Assembly: GCF_004010195.1 (NCBI RefSeq)
Contig: NC_057749.1
Span: forward strand, 7,673,936 to 7,737,935
From: Chiloscyllium plagiosum
Taxonomy: Eukaryota
Direction: 5' to 3'
DNA length: 64,000 bases
Shown: positions 37,666-51,390 of the stretch, in pieces
Layout of the letters: the number at the start of each line of letters is the position of its first letter
How positions within the stretch are numbered: position 1 is the stretch's first letter
Program-made: the position numbers and the translations under genes
Notes under the pieces: model-generated
Seen by the model: only the letters and a program-made list of their open reading frames with translations
Database searches by the model: none
What the model was told of the DNA's origin: nothing

Positions 37666-39054
37666 TTTTTAACTGTACACAAATAAGACCGTATCTTCTA
37701 CCTATATCAATAATTAAATACTTTGCTTCATATCTACTTCCTACTCAAAGTGCTATTGTATCAAATGTTTCGAACCTGTTTGAATGGAGAGATATCACTC
37801 AAAAATCCTTGTGCAAACACTTGGAACAGAAATCTTGTATGTCAACAGTTTCCTGTGATTTGCAGTTGCACACTCCTGTCAGTAAGTGGCACTATGGAGT
37901 GGATATCAACATGTCACATCTTGTGTATAAAAAGCAAATATATATTCATTAATGGCAAATTCCCCAAAGTACTTTTCAGTAATTTGATATATGAGTATTC
38001 ATGAAGGATAAAATTAATCTATAAATTATAATTGTGTATTCTATTCCAATTTGTTGTTCCCCAGATTCTACAACAAACGAATATGCCTTTGTTTTGTGCA
38101 GCTTTTCTTGATGTTGTTTGCAAGTCCAGTCTTGGTGTAATGTAATGATTATTGTAGTTTTGCTTCTCTCCAGCTGGTTGGTCAGAACCAAGTGAAGTCG
38201 ATGAAATGAAGACCCAAGATAGCTATAATCCAATTGAATACTAGGGACAAACCTGAGGGGCCAAATGGCCTCCTTCTGCCCCGTTTGTTTTGAATTTACA
38301 CTTTGATTTCCTAACAATAAAATACTTTGCAAGAGAAGGAGCGATGCAGAGAGAAAGTGGCATCTTTGGCAGTTCACTTGTATGAATCACGATGCCTTGT
38401 AACAAGTTAACAGGCAGTAAATCTTATGATTTGACAGTTTAATTTGAGCTTTTGAATTTCCATTATGTAGTGAACATCAGCAGCACTGTGTCCCTTAAGA
38501 ATGTTACAACAATTGGCTGATAACTAGGGCTGGGCTTTGTGCGAAAAGGGAGCGAAGGCAAATTTTCATGTCATGAGCTACCAGTTTTTCCTCTATAGAA
38601 TCACGCGTGAGTATTGTTTAAAAAAATCTGTTTTTTTTTAAAAAAGTGCATCCCGGGATGGTCGTAGGAGTAATACCTGCATGAGAAATAAGCTGAGTGC
38701 AGAGGGAGAAAAAATATCTTAACAGTGTCAAGGTTACTGATGATTACAGATGATTAAAGGAGCTTTGGGACAGGAGAAAGGGTTGTAAAATGAATTGTGG
38801 AAAGGAAAATGAGCCATTTGCATGCTATGTAGGTGTGACAGTAAGAGTGAAGCAAGAGGGAGTCTGATTGTGCTGGTTAAGAAAGAATCTAGATGGAGTT
38901 CTTGAGGAAAAAAGAAAAGCTTTAGAAAGCTTGGTTCAGACTAATTCACATGAAGGGAGATATGTGTTGCTACTAGCTGGTCTATATTTCCTTAATTAAT
39001 ACCATGAAAGAAACCAAAATAAGCAGCCCTCTTTGTTTCTAGCGGGCTGGGCTT

Positions 39055-39420
39055 AGAGTCGTAGCGATGTGCAGCACAGAAACAGACCCTTCGGTCCAAC
39101 TTGTCCATGCTAACCAGATATCCTAAATTAATCTAGTCCCATTTTCCAGCAGTTAGCCCATTTCCCTCTAAACCCTTCCTATTCATATACCCATCCAGAT
39201 GCCTTTTAAATATTGTAATTGTACCAACCTCAACCACTTCCTCTGGCAGCTCATTCCATACACGTACCACCCTCTGCATGAAAAAGTTACCACTTAGGTC
39301 CCTTTTAAATCTTTTCCCTCTCACCTTAAATCTGTGCCCACTAGTTTTGGACTCCCCTACTCAGGGGAAGCAATCTTGGCTATTCACCATATCCATACCC
39401 TCATGATTTTATAAACTTCT
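39055..39420 (-). mobile_element. CR1 (HER1-like) LINE 3' fragment
   Basis: ORF 39133-39324. Confidence 0.9.
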
Positions 39421-40704
39421 GCTAACTAGAGATGTTATGCTAAACCTACAATAAGCCTTAGTTTAGGGTTCTTGTGGCATAGTTTCTCTACCTCTGGACC
39501 AAGGCTTGGGTTCAAGTCCCAAACGTGTGTCATAACATCTCTGAACAGGTTGATTTAAAAAAAAATTAATGCACACTGTAGATTTAGTACTGAATCGATT
39601 CTGATGGCCATACAGATTGTTCTTCGAGAATGCGAAGGTTACGTGCTTGTGCAACCTTACATGATAGAAAAATTACATTTTAGAAACAGTACTTACAATA
39701 TTGGTGATGTAATCGCGTCAGAGCCAACAGATGTTTTAAAAGTTTGCGCTTTAGAAACAGTGTTCCCAATTTGTCAATCACATTACAGCAAATTTGCATT
39801 AAAGAGACCCGTATTGAGCAGAACGATCTGTATTACACAAAGGATAAAGAGGACTTGCAAGGATGACACCAGAAATGTGTAGTGTACGTGTCTGAAAAAG
39901 ATTAAGAGACTGGGACACCTTTCCTGCAGCAAAGAGGTGACCCAATGGATGCCATTAAAATAGTGCAAGATTTTAATAGCATGTATGTGGAGGGAATGTT
40001 TCCTCTCATGAGAAAGGGAAGACCATCATTATTTTAGAGAGTCACCTACAAATATGAGAATCCAGAAGAAAGCTCTTCACCCAAAGAATGATGAGAATGT
40101 GGCATTCTCTCTCACAAGGAATAGTTGAATGAATATTTTGGATGCTGCTATGGGGAACCAAATAAGCGAATGAGGGTGAAGGGAATAGAGAGCTACAATC
40201 AACTTTCATTTGTACTTTCATTTGCCTCAGGCTGAACTACCCTCAAGGCGGGGAGAGAAAGAATATCGGGAATTATGAAACAACGTGTTCGAGAAAACAT
40301 TGTCAAAAAAACTCATTTGTTTCACTAATATCCTTCAGAAAAAATGAGCTACAATCACAGGATTTCCTACAGTACTGACCCTCTGAAGAAAAATGGGTGG
40401 ATGCAGGAGTGGAGTGTAAACATTGGGCTGGATGGCCTCTTTCTGTGCCAAATCTATCCATTTCAATAATTTACTGGTGGAAAGTTGTAATAAATCCTCC
40501 TTTTACACAATACCCAGAGCCAACTCGGTTTATGTTCTAAAAGTAAAGGCTTCATCCAGTTTGTCCCTGTGACTCATTGCTGGTGAAAATGGAACCCGTG
40601 GCAGTCAGGGGCAGAACTGCAGGAAGGTGGAGGATTTTGCTACAACACTAAGTCTATGGTCATTCAATGTACTGATGGTGAGACCATTTATGGTGTTTTT
40701 GATA

Positions 40705-40980
40705 GCAGGTTTTGAGAAGATTTGTAACTCAGGTTGAGGTTCTGGATGTAGGTTTGTTCACTGAGCTGGAAGGTTTATTTCCAGATGTTTCATCACCCTA
40801 CTAGGTAACATCTTCTGTGGGCCCTCAGGTGAAGCACAATACATGATTCCTGCTTTCTATTTATAGGTTTAGCCTTCTTTGAGTTGGTGATTTTCTGTGG
40901 TGATGTCATTTCTTGTGGTGATGACATTTCCTGTTCTTTTACTCATGGGGTGGTAGATGGGGGCTAACTCGATGTTTTTA
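40705..40980 (-). mobile_element. Penelope-like 3' end (family D), degenerate hammerhead
   Basis: Reverse complement ccacagaagatgttacctagtagggtgatgaaacatctgg is homologous to 7570-7609. Confidence 0.7.
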
Positions 40981-41258
40981 ATATTTAAGAAGGGACGAGG
41001 GAGCAGGAGAAGTGGGTATTGAAACCAGCTCAGTGATATCGGCTGCCTCAGTTAGTGAAGGTGAACTGTTCCACAAACAAGGAAAAACAGTGACTTGTAT
41101 AATCAACTACAGCAGCTTGGCTGGAGGAAGGGAGAATATAAGTTTGCTCCTTCTGATTGCTATGGGTAACTCCTTTCCAACAATAGCCCAAATTGGTTAA
41201 TGCAATGCAGACAGTTGCATTGCATCATGAAAATAGTTTATCAACACCACCATGTAGA

Positions 41259-41449
41259 GAAGAAGTGAGAACTACAAATGCTGGAGAGTCAGAGTCGAAA
41301 AGTGTGACGCTGGAAAAGCACAGCCGATCAGGCAGCATCCGAGGGGCAGGAGAGTCGATATTTGGGCATAAGCTCTTCATCAGAAACGTCCTCTCTCCTG
41401 CTCCTCAGATGCTGCCCAACCTGCTGTACCTTTTCAGCACCCCATTTTT
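41259..41449 (-). mobile_element. Fold-back Penelope-like mini-element (family A-related, older)
   Basis: Inverted arms; degenerate 17-bp TSD at 41242-41258 and 41450-41466 (14/17). Confidence 0.8.
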
Positions 41450-42034
41450 CAAAACTACAATGTAGACTTATATGAAAAATATCATCTCTCCATTGCAGAT
41501 AACTACCCCAAACCGAATCAGATTGATAGGGGAAAGAGCGTCAAAAGCTAAGGGCCCTATTCATGTTCCTTTGACTGGGGAAGCTGCCAGTATCCAGTAT
41601 ACCTGCACTAGTCAGTTCCTTCAAGAGGTTAAGGAAGGCCTTTTGTGTGAGTTTTGTTTTTATTCACTGACTATGCCAGCATTTATTGCCCATCCCTAAT
41701 TGGCCTTGAGAAGATGATAATTGCTGTGCCAGTAGACTGGCTCACTACACTGTACAAGCTAGAGCTCATGATGGTGCTTGCTAACACCATTTTCTATTAC
41801 TGTAGGAATTTACAAGGTCTGCTTGTGGGAGCGGAAAGTGTGGGACAGGAAAGCCACTTCTTGGTCTAACTAGAAGACTCTCTTGCAATGATCATGATTT
41901 AGTTCTTCACATGTTTGCAACTAATTTGATGTGCCGTTGCTCAGGGATTTTGAGGAACACTGAGATATTAGGTCTCACTTCTTTGAGATTCTGTGCTGTT
42001 CTGTCCACATGTTGATATAAAATAATCGAAATAA

Positions 42035-42866
42035 GTGAACACAGCCCAGTCCATCACACAAGACAACCTTTGCTCCATTAACTCCATCTACATTTTGCAC
42101 TGCCTCAGGAAGACAGCCAAAATCATCAAAGACCCCCCCTACCCCAGTTATAATCTCTTCTAACCTCTTCCATCAGGCATAAGATACAAAAGCTTCAACA
42201 CACATACCAACAGATTCAAGAATAGCTTCTTCGCTACTGTTATTAGACTTCTGAATGGACCTCTCTATCGCCAACATGTCCTGGTCCATCCACGTTGATG
42301 CGATGATCAAGAAAGCACAACAATGTCTCTTCTTCCTCAGGAGGCTAAGGAAATGCAGCATGTCAGCAAAGACTTTTACCAATTCTTATAGATGCACCAT
42401 AGAAAGAATTCTATTCCCAGATGCATCACAACTTGGTATGGCATCTGCTCTGCCCAGGACTGTAAGAAATTATAGAGAGTTGTGGACACAGCCCAGTCCA
42501 TCACACAAACCAACCTTCCATCCATTGACTCCATCTACACTTCTCCATGCCTTGGAAAGATAGCCAGCATCATCAAAGACCTCTCCCACCCCGGTTATAC
42601 TCTCTTCCAACCTCTACTATCAGGCAGAAGATACAAAAGCTTAAACACACGGACCAACAGATTCAAGAACAGATTCTCCCCCACTGTTATTAGACTTCTG
42701 AATGGACCTCTCTAATTTCAAATTTAATGTTGATCTCGCTCTCTGTGTGCCTTCTCTGCAGCTGTAACATTGTATTCCTTGCTCTGTTCTATTACCCTAG
42801 TGGTATGATCTGTTCTGCATGCAAAACAAATGTTTTCACTGTACATAGTACCAATACTAAATCAAA
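42035..42866 (+). mobile_element. Two tandem Rex1/Babar LINE 3' fragments (42035-42265 and 42266-42866)
   Basis: SWSIHVDAMIKKAQQCLFFLRRLRK...YRCTIE...TAQSITQTNLPSIDSIYT...IIKDLSHPGYTLFQPLLSGRRYKSL..RTNRFKN. Confidence 0.85.
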
Positions 42867-43559
42867 TGAAGTTAAGTGTCAGGTCTGACAGTCCTTAGTA
42901 TTAATCCTTTCAGACCCAGTGTATATCTTCTTGAACTGCAGTAGTCCATTTTAAGTCGGCACATCTACAGTGTGGAGCCCCTGAAATTTGACACAATGCC
43001 AGCAAAGGATTGAAGATATATTTCCAAACCAGGATAGTTTGGGGCTTGGAGGGGAACCTCGAGATGTTGGTGCTCCCAGGCATCTGCTGGCCTTATCCTT
43101 CTGGTGTGGAAGATGCTAAGGATTTGGAAGGAGCTTTCAAAGGAGGATTGATGAGTTGTTGCATTGCATTTTGTAGATGGTGCACACTGCTTCCTCTGTG
43201 CAGCGGTGGTGGAGGGAGTGAATATGTAAGATGGAGAATAGAGTGCTCATTAAGCAGGCTGTTTTGTCAAAACCTCTTGAGTGTTGTTGTAGTTTACACA
43301 TATGAACAGGATGGGATTGTTAACCAGTCTTTCAATATGTGAAAAGTAAATTGTTTTATGAAAGCGAAACTGTTTCATGTAAATATATGAATGTCTCATT
43401 TTTAATAACTTAGCCTGATATGTATTATAAAGGATAACATGTAATATACTTGTATGGGGCTTGTCTCAGATGGATGTCATTTTGACTTGAGTTGGGTTAG
43501 AGTGTCATGTCAGGATTTGGTTTACTGAAGTACCAGACCACAATGCTGTTCTCTCATTC

Positions 43560-43832
43560 AAGAAAGATGTTCGATTCCACCCTTAGGCAACTGTTTGTGT
43601 GGAGTTTGCACATTCTCTTTGGGTGTTCCTGCTTCCTCCAACAGTCCAAAGATGTGCAGGTTTGGTGGATTAGCCATGGCAAATTGTCCATAGTGTCCAG
43701 GGATGTGTAGGCTAGGTGGCTGAGCAATGGGAAATGCAAAGTAATGGGGGTAGAGGGGGTGGGATGCTCTTCAGAGGGTCAGTGTGTACTCGATGGGCTG
43801 TATGGCCTGTTTCCACACTGTAGGGATTCTAT
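43560..43832 (+). mobile_element. HE1-type SINE, 5'-truncated
   Basis: V-domain and gcctgtttccacactgtagggattcta tail. Confidence 0.85.
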
Positions 43833-45329
43833 CGATGACTGGTGATGGTTTAACCTGAGCATCATCACACCTCAAGCAAGATGGAGAGGGGGAATCCTTT
43901 GTGGTAACCTCAGCTAGTGCAGGAATTGAACTCACGCTGTTGACATCACTTTACATTGCAATCTGGCCGTGTAGCCAATGTGCTCACTGACACTTTGTGT
44001 TTACTGTCAATGCACTGTGTGGTAATGAGGTGAAATAGTTGTTCCAATTTTCTAACAATTGCATTTATGATTAAAAGATCATGCCTATAAGCAAACCAAA
44101 CCATTCCAAGAGGAAATGTTGCCCATGAATGGAATAAAATGCCCAGTGCTCTCAATTTTCTATCTGCTGTGGAATACTTGTTCAGGCAGGCTAAGCCAAC
44201 TTTGTCAGATTTACCTGGAAGTAAGAAATGCACAGAATGTCACAACATCAGTGAAACCACACTTCAATCACATTATGTTAGTATTTCTTTTTACTGGAAG
44301 ATGTTTCTTAGTGTCTGATCAACAAAATAGGGCTTTTGGAATGAAATGAATTGCCGCTTAGCAAACATTCAAAATGAAACGTACACGTGGACAATGCAAC
44401 TTCTAGTTTATTCATAGAGTTCTATTGTCTTTTCTAGTTGAAAGAGTAGATTGTGGCATGGGACACATCTATTTTTCATGTTTTACTATCTTTCTTGTAA
44501 ATAGAGTTTACAAGATCATGCGCCTTGTTAGGTAAGATATTAATGCTTAGATCTTGTCCTTTCCAACATACATTTCCTCTAAACAGAGGGTACATTAACA
44601 TTTCAAATACACTGTTCAAGCTAGCAGTATAACTGATCATTTAATTGTCCTCTGAGCCACAGCAGTCATTGCTTTCCTTCTGAGGCAATAGTCATGATCC
44701 CCATTTTGAATATTGATAACGAACAGAAGATTTTTAATTCATCTTTGAGCTATTTTTTAAAAAAGGAATTACTGAATGAATTCAAGGTGAGGAGAATTGG
44801 GTGCAGACATGCATAGGAAAATAAAATACCGGGCTGTGAGGAAAAGGCTGAGATGGGGGAGAATTGATTGCTTCAAAGCTGATACGGCCATGACGCGACT
44901 TCTTTCTCTTTCCTGCATTTTGATTCCATAAACTTTCTCATTGTCACCGATGTTAAACATCGGTTCAGTAATGCTTGCAAGGGACCAGCATTTCTCCCCT
45001 AACTTGTATCTCACAAGTATGGGAAAACGGGATTAGAATGTTTAGGTGGGCGGTTTTGATCAACAGAGACTCAATGGACTAAAAGGTATTTTTCTGTGCT
45101 GTAGACCTCTGAGAATAATCAATTGCTCAGCCACCTCGTTGCTGTTGTGGGATACCTTTGCACCAAAACAGCCTCCCAGTTTGCTGTGTTAGCAAGGTGC
45201 TTATTTGTGGCAAGCTCTTTGCGATGTTTTAAAGCAGCACAGCACAAGTGAAATATTATCTACAAAACATGCAAAACTTGACTGCTCATGTCCTAACATG
45301 CACTGAATCCCATCATTGGTGTGCTCTTC

Positions 45330-45790
45330 GACTTACATTGTCTCCTGCAGCTCTGGAAATTGATTTTTTTTTTTTTGAATTTACTGTGTTGTTTTCAAAT
45401 TCCTCTACAGCCTTACCCTTACGTTTGTAACCTCTTTCGGCATGGCACCTCTCCAAGATCTCTGTGCTCCTCCAATTCTGACCCTCATTGTATTCTGATG
45501 TTCCTTTATTCCTTCATCAGTGGGTCTTTATATGAAAGCCCTAAGTTTTGAGATTTACTCTTTCAATCTATTTCACGCTCTCTTTTTCACTCGCTCTCCT
45601 CCAACCTGGTGTTGTGTGATTTTTAACTTTGTATACCCCTGTCCAACGCCGGCATCTCCAAATCATTAAAGCTTGCCTTTGTCAATTGTCCTAACATCAA
45701 CTTTTATGGTTTGGCACCAAATTTCATCTGATTATGCTGCCTTTGGTCATTTTAACAAAATTACAGACCTTGGATAAACGCGAGTTGTTG
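45330..45790 (+). mobile_element. Old L2-like 3' remnant with a PLE family B 3' tip (~45602-45665)
   Basis: aacctggtgttgtgtgatttttaactttgta.acccc.gtccaac matches 9763-9824; flanks resemble an L2 3' end. Confidence 0.55.
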
Positions 45791-47197
45791 TTATTTGACA
45801 GCTTGCTATCAAGCAGTCCTTTTTTTTAACCTTTGTGTTACTTTTTGTGAATAGAACCTTACCAGGGCCAATTTCCCATTTACATATGCCTCCCAGTTTA
45901 TTTATTGTTTGTAATGAGTTTCCAAGCTGCTGTGTTTACAGTACTGTTCACACCTGGATATCTCTGATCACCTGAATATTGTTTCCATTCCAAGCCCTAG
46001 TTAGATAAAGATTTCAGAATGGCTCCAAAGAGTTGTTTGTTTTTGATTGTCACAATGACATTGAGTCCTTTCCGTTTTCAGAGTGCTTTCTGGAAACAGC
46101 GCTGGTCCAAAGTGACACGAAGGGGTGGACCAAGTACGTAGAGCATAAAAATGGTCTTGAACAATCACAGAAAATAATCACAAAGGCTAATGGAACACTC
46201 GTCTGTTTTCCTCATGTGTGATAATGCATTAAAGAATTATGTGTGTGACGTTTGAGCAGCCAATACTTCTGAAGTGTTGAACATTTGATGGATGCAAACA
46301 ATCCATCATGACATTAGAAACTATTCATCCTAATTAAAAATACATTAAATTAACTAACCTTCCCGACTTGTTGGACTCTGGCCACTTTATCATCTCTCTC
46401 CACTTCATTAGCTAAATATTAAAATATAAGTGCTCATGTTTTGTGGTAATGCTCACTCTAGAGAAACATTTACCCTGCAGATTTGTCCATAGCTACAAGG
46501 TCAGATGTAGCTGCTAAGGCAACCTAGCCTGTGTTATCTTTGGCCAATGTCTAGTCATCTACTTTCTCCTTCACCTGGGCCCCTGTTAAACCCAACATTT
46601 GGAGGCTGAGGGGCAATATGTGTGAGCAAGGGAAGGAATGGTGAGTTGGCACTGTTAATGTCAAGGTAACACAAGCAAAATATTGTGTACTATTCAATCA
46701 GTCAAGAATTAAATGTCGTCTCCCCCCCAATTTTCCATCCTCTGACAATTTGGGATTGTTAATAAAGATGTCCCTATCATATGAATGATTAATACTGAAA
46801 CTCTTGGAAGCCATCAGAGAGAGAGAGAGACAGAGAATGTGTGTGTGTGTGTGAATGTGTGTGTGTATTTCAACAATATAAGCTTCCCATTACCATCGAT
46901 ATTGCAACACAAATTCAGGTTGTTTTGTATTTTAAGTATTTTGATGCGACAAGGTATCCGATAATTGGAAACATTATGACTGTGTGCTAACACCAATTGG
47001 TTAAGGTGTGTAGAATAATTGCAGTTGACTGCCAGATACGGTACTGTCAGAGCAAATCCAATACTATTCTCAAAATGCTATTTTTGGGACGTGGGTGTTA
47101 CAGGTGACGATGTTCTTCATCGTCCATTTGGAGGTAGTTATCAGAGAAGTACCAGTGAGTTACTTTCTTGTGACAACTGCAGGCTATCTGGTTAAAG

Positions 47198-47379
47198 TTG
47201 AAAATGTGTTGCTGGAAAGGCACAGCAGGTCAGGCAGCATCCAGGAATCTGATTCCTGAAGAAGGACTTATGCCCGAAACGTCGATTCTCCTGTTCCCTG
47301 GATGCTGCCTGACCCGCTGTGCTTTTCCAGCAACACATTTTCAGCTCTGATCTCCAGCATCTGTAGACCTCACTTTCTC
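47198..47379 (+). mobile_element. Fold-back Penelope-like mini-element (family A)
   Basis: 14-bp TSD ctatctggttaaag at 47184-47197 and 47380-47393; hammerhead core CTGAAGA..GAAACGTC at 47256-47283. Confidence 0.9.
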
Positions 47380-47652
47380 CTATCTGGTTAAAGTGCCTGT
47401 TAATTTAAGTCAAGTGACAATGAAGGAATAGTGGTTCACGTCCAACTGAGGTTGTTTTGTGTTTAGAAAGGGGAGCTTTGGGGTGATTACATTCCCAGGG
47501 ACATGTTACTCTTGTCCTTCAGGTTGGTGGAAGTTGTCCATTTGGGAGATACTGCATTCAAGATAACTTTGTGCATCTTGTTGTCAATATGCACTGTAGC
47601 CTCAGAGTATCACTAGCGGAGGGAGTATCAGTTTTACCCAACAGATAGAGTG

Positions 47653-48288
47653 TGTTATGGATTAAGCCAGACCACTCAAAACATTCTTAAGCAGGCCATA
47701 ACATTGCAATTTGGTTCATTAAGTGTACAGTGAAAATTACCCAGAGTAGGATAGTGAGGTTGACTACTAGATTTTAAAACAGACCAAAATTTATTCACAA
47801 AATTACACAATGAAATACAAGGAACAGAATAAAGATCCCCTACAGAACTCAACCTATCTAGACTTAATTATGCTGTACTGAATGTACACAACAGTCCCAA
47901 TAAGCAAACTCCCTTTAAAAAACCAGCATAAATGGAACACATGCTTACAGGTTGAAGTTGAAGGGCAGAAAAGAGAAAGAGTTTCCACACAGCTCCCTGT
48001 TGAACTTCCTAGTTCAAGACTGAACTAAAAGTGTTCAGCTCAGCTTGGCTAGAGAGCAGACCACCCCCCTCTCTTTATACATGTCACTTCTGAAGCATGA
48101 CCACTTTGGCCTGAAGTCTCATCTGTTTACATATAAACAACAGGCCTCTCAAAATCCTTTTCATCTCTGTACCAAACCAGACTGTTGGGAGCCCAGCCCG
48201 GTTTATTGTCTTCTGAAAAAAAATCAAAGATAAAGTCTCCTTGAGCCAAGGAACAGCTTTTAGAAACAAAGGGACTAGCTTTGTGACA
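47653..48288 (-). mobile_element. Solo LTR (636 bp), probably Gypsy/ERV type
   Basis: TG...CA ends, 4-bp TSD agtg (47649-47652 and 48289-48292), minus-strand TATAAA (~48075) upstream of AATAAA (~47790). Confidence 0.75.
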
Positions 48289-48949
48289 AGTGTTGACCAG
48301 CCATTTAACTTACTGTAAAAGGTATTAACTTACTTAGAGAGGGATTCTGCCTTTGGTAATCTCCACACTGATTCTTAACATCCTCAATTCAACTTGGATG
48401 GACTGGGATACATTAATGCTCATAACCAGTGAAAATAATTTAGAAAAATGTTTATAAAATTTTTAGCAGCACATTATTTGACAGTATGACTGCTTCAAAT
48501 ACTCAGGACTACCAGAAAAGTTGTTTGATAGGAAGTTCTCTCATTAAATTTGTCTAAATTGAACTTGCTAACATTGCAAATGGAATACTATTTTGAAAGT
48601 TGTCGCATTGAGTTTTCAGTTCAAGGGGGAAGGTTGGTGTAGTGGTAATTACATGGGATTAACTAGTCAGGGGACAAAAGTTCAAATCACACCATGGAAT
48701 ATGGATTCAATATTTCCAACAAGGAGACCATTTGGCCCATCAAGCTGTTTCTGTAAGAACTATCCAATCATCCTATTCTCACATGTTTTCCTTATAGTCT
48801 GAAAAATGTTTTCCTTTCAAGTATTTATTCAATTCTCCTTTAACATATACTACAGGTTCCATTGCCATCACCCTTCTTATTCCAGGTCATAACAGCCAGC
48901 TGTTTAGAAAATAATCTCTGTATTTCTTCCTTTTTATATTTTATCAATA

Positions 48950-49460
48950 AAGATCATAAGAAATAGGAACAGGTGTAAGCCATTCAGCCCTTTCGCCTGT
49001 TCCACCAATCAATGGGATCACGGCTGTTTCGGTATTCCTCACATCTGCTTTCCTGCCCTTTCCCCATAACCCTTGATTCCCCAACTGATCAAGAATCAGT
49101 CTCTCTGAGACTTAAATATACACAAGGACTCTGCACCCACAGCTCTCTGTGGCAAGGAGTTCCAAAGACTCTCAATTCTCTGAAAGAAGAAATTCTTCCT
49201 CAACTTTCCTCCCACAATCCAAGGATGTGCAGGTTAGGTGAATTGGCCATTCTAAATTGCCTGTAGTGTTAGGTGGATTAGTCAGGGGAATGGGTCTGGG
49301 TGGGTTGCTCTTCGGAGGGTCGGTGTGGACTGGTTGGACCGAAGGGCCTGTTTCCACACTGTAAGGAATCTAATCTAATTTAATCTAATCTAATCTCAGT
49401 CTTAAATTGGCTCCCCTTACTTCTGAGACTACGCTGTCTGGTTCTAGACTCCCCTCAACT
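48950..49460. mobile_element. CR1 3' end (-) with nested truncated HE1 SINE (+, ~49205-49395)
   Basis: CR1 resumes after the (aatct)n SINE end. Confidence 0.8.
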
Positions 49461-50034
49461 GAATCATTGATTTGTTGAATTATCTTGGCGACACAGTGAA
49501 TTAAAAGGTTGTAGGTTCATGTCCCACTCCAGACATTTGACCACAATATATTATCTGACACTCCAGTTACTACTGAGGGAGGGCTGCATTGTTAGATGTG
49601 CTGTCTTTCAGATGCAAGGTTAAACTGAGGCCCCATCTCTGATGTTCATCTTCTCAAGAATTGTTTAAACAATCACACGTGTCTTTATGTGAAGATAAAA
49701 CTAAGTATGATACAGTCATGGGTCTAGTTTATCATATGGAGGTAGGATTTATTGGCTATAATTCGAGATATGCTCCCTGTCGAGACTCGTGTGCTCAAAT
49801 CTACATCATCTATCCTCTCATGCAAGAAATCCATTGACAGTATTCAAATAAAGAAGTGATGCTCTCCCCAGTGTCCTGACCAATTTATCTCTGAACCAAT
49901 AAGTGCTGAATCAGAAATAAAAATCCTGCATATACTGGCAATCTGAAACAGAAAATGCTGGAAAAGCTCATCAGGACCATGTAGAGAGAGAAAAGCAAAA
50001 CTTCTCATCAGAAGCTCAAGCAGTTTGTTTTGTG

Positions 50035-50505
50035 TCAGAGTCTGAGGATTTGGGATGGACCATTTCGGACGGAGATGAGGAGATATTTCTTCACCCAAAC
50101 AGTGGTGAGCCTGTGGAATTCATTACCACAGGAAGTAGTTGATGCCAAAACATTGATTGTATTCAAAAGGTCGCTAAAGGGAGCACCTTGGGGTGAATGG
50201 GATCAAAGGTTATGGGAAGAAAGCAGGATTAGGCTGTTAAGTTGGATAATCGGCCATGATGTTGATGAATGGCAGAGCAGGCTCTTCAGAGCTGAATGGT
50301 CTCTTCCTGCTCAAATCTTCTATTTTTCTACATTTCTGTATTTGTATGCTTGTTTGTTAAAGGTTTGGAAATGCATTACAAGGATTTTGCTGGGAATGAA
50401 GTGTTTGAGCTATCGGGATAGGCTGAACAAGCTGGAGCTCTGTTCCTTGGAGCATCACAGATTGAGGAGCGACCTTATAGAGGTTTATGAAATCATGAGG
50501 ACCAT
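50035..50505 (+). mobile_element. Two adjacent CR1 fragments
   Basis: FFTQTVVSLWNSLPQEVV and LRSDLIEVYEIM in ORF 50030-50554, in non-colinear order. Confidence 0.8.
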
Positions 50506-50814
50506 GGATCCATGGACCCAATATGTTAATCATTTGTCAGACATATACACTTAGACATTTCTGGTGTCATCCTTGCATGTCCTCTTTGCATCCGTGCAGT
50601 TCCTTGATATCCTTTGAGTAATATGGCCATCAGAATCCTTTCACTGCTAAGTGCCAATATGTATGGATAATTTTTAATCAACCTGTTCAGAGATGTTGAC
50701 ATATGTTTGGGACTTGAACTCAAGCCTTTTGGTCCAGAGGTAGAGAAACTGTGCCACAAGAACCCTAAACTGAGGTTTGTTATAGGTTTAGCACAATGTC
50801 CCTAGTTATCAAAT

Positions 50815-51172
50815 GTTTATAAAATTATGAGGGGCATGGATAGGGTGAATAGTCCAGGTCTGTTTTTCAGGATAGGGAAGTCCAAACAATAAGGCATAGG
50901 TTTAAAGTGACAGGGGAAAGAATTGAAAGGTATCTAAGTGACAACTTTTTCATGCAGAGGGTGGTGCATGTATGGAATGAGCTGCCAGAGGAAGTGCTGA
51001 AGGTTGGAACAATTACAACCTTTAAAAGGTATCTGGATGGGTACATGAATAGGGAAGGTTTTAGACGGATATGGAATAACTGCTGGCAAATGGGATTAGA
51101 GTAATTTAGGATATCTGGTCAACATGGACGTGTTGGACCGAAGGGTCTGTTTCCATGTTGTACATCTCTATG
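50815..51172 (+). mobile_element. CR1 (HER1-like) LINE 3' fragment
   Basis: ORF 50907-51104 and tail. Confidence 0.9.
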
Positions 51173-51390
51173 AAAGAGACAAGCATTTGCCCTTTTCAAG
51201 AATATCAAGGTTAAATGAAAGTTTCAACCCCAAACTGTGAGTTAGTGGCTAAGATATTTGTGAGTGCTGAGGTGTTGGGATACTCATTTGTACCAGCCTA
51301 AGTTTGAGAGCTGCTGTGCTATGAAAGAACTATCTACTAGTCACCCTGTGTTGCAGTTCTATTGTTCTGAATGCTGACAGCTAATTAGTG

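Noticed and set aside
39604..39882. 92-aa ORF in CpG-retaining sequence
   Set aside because: No recognisable domain or splice context; its 3' end overlaps an old CR1 fragment.
46525..46678. Imperfect inverted repeat, possible pre-miRNA or MITE
   Set aside because: Pairing is too degenerate and the span too long to call; at best an old MITE remnant.
50030..50554. Longest ORF (174 aa)
   Set aside because: Chance read-through of two non-colinear CR1 fragments, not a gene.
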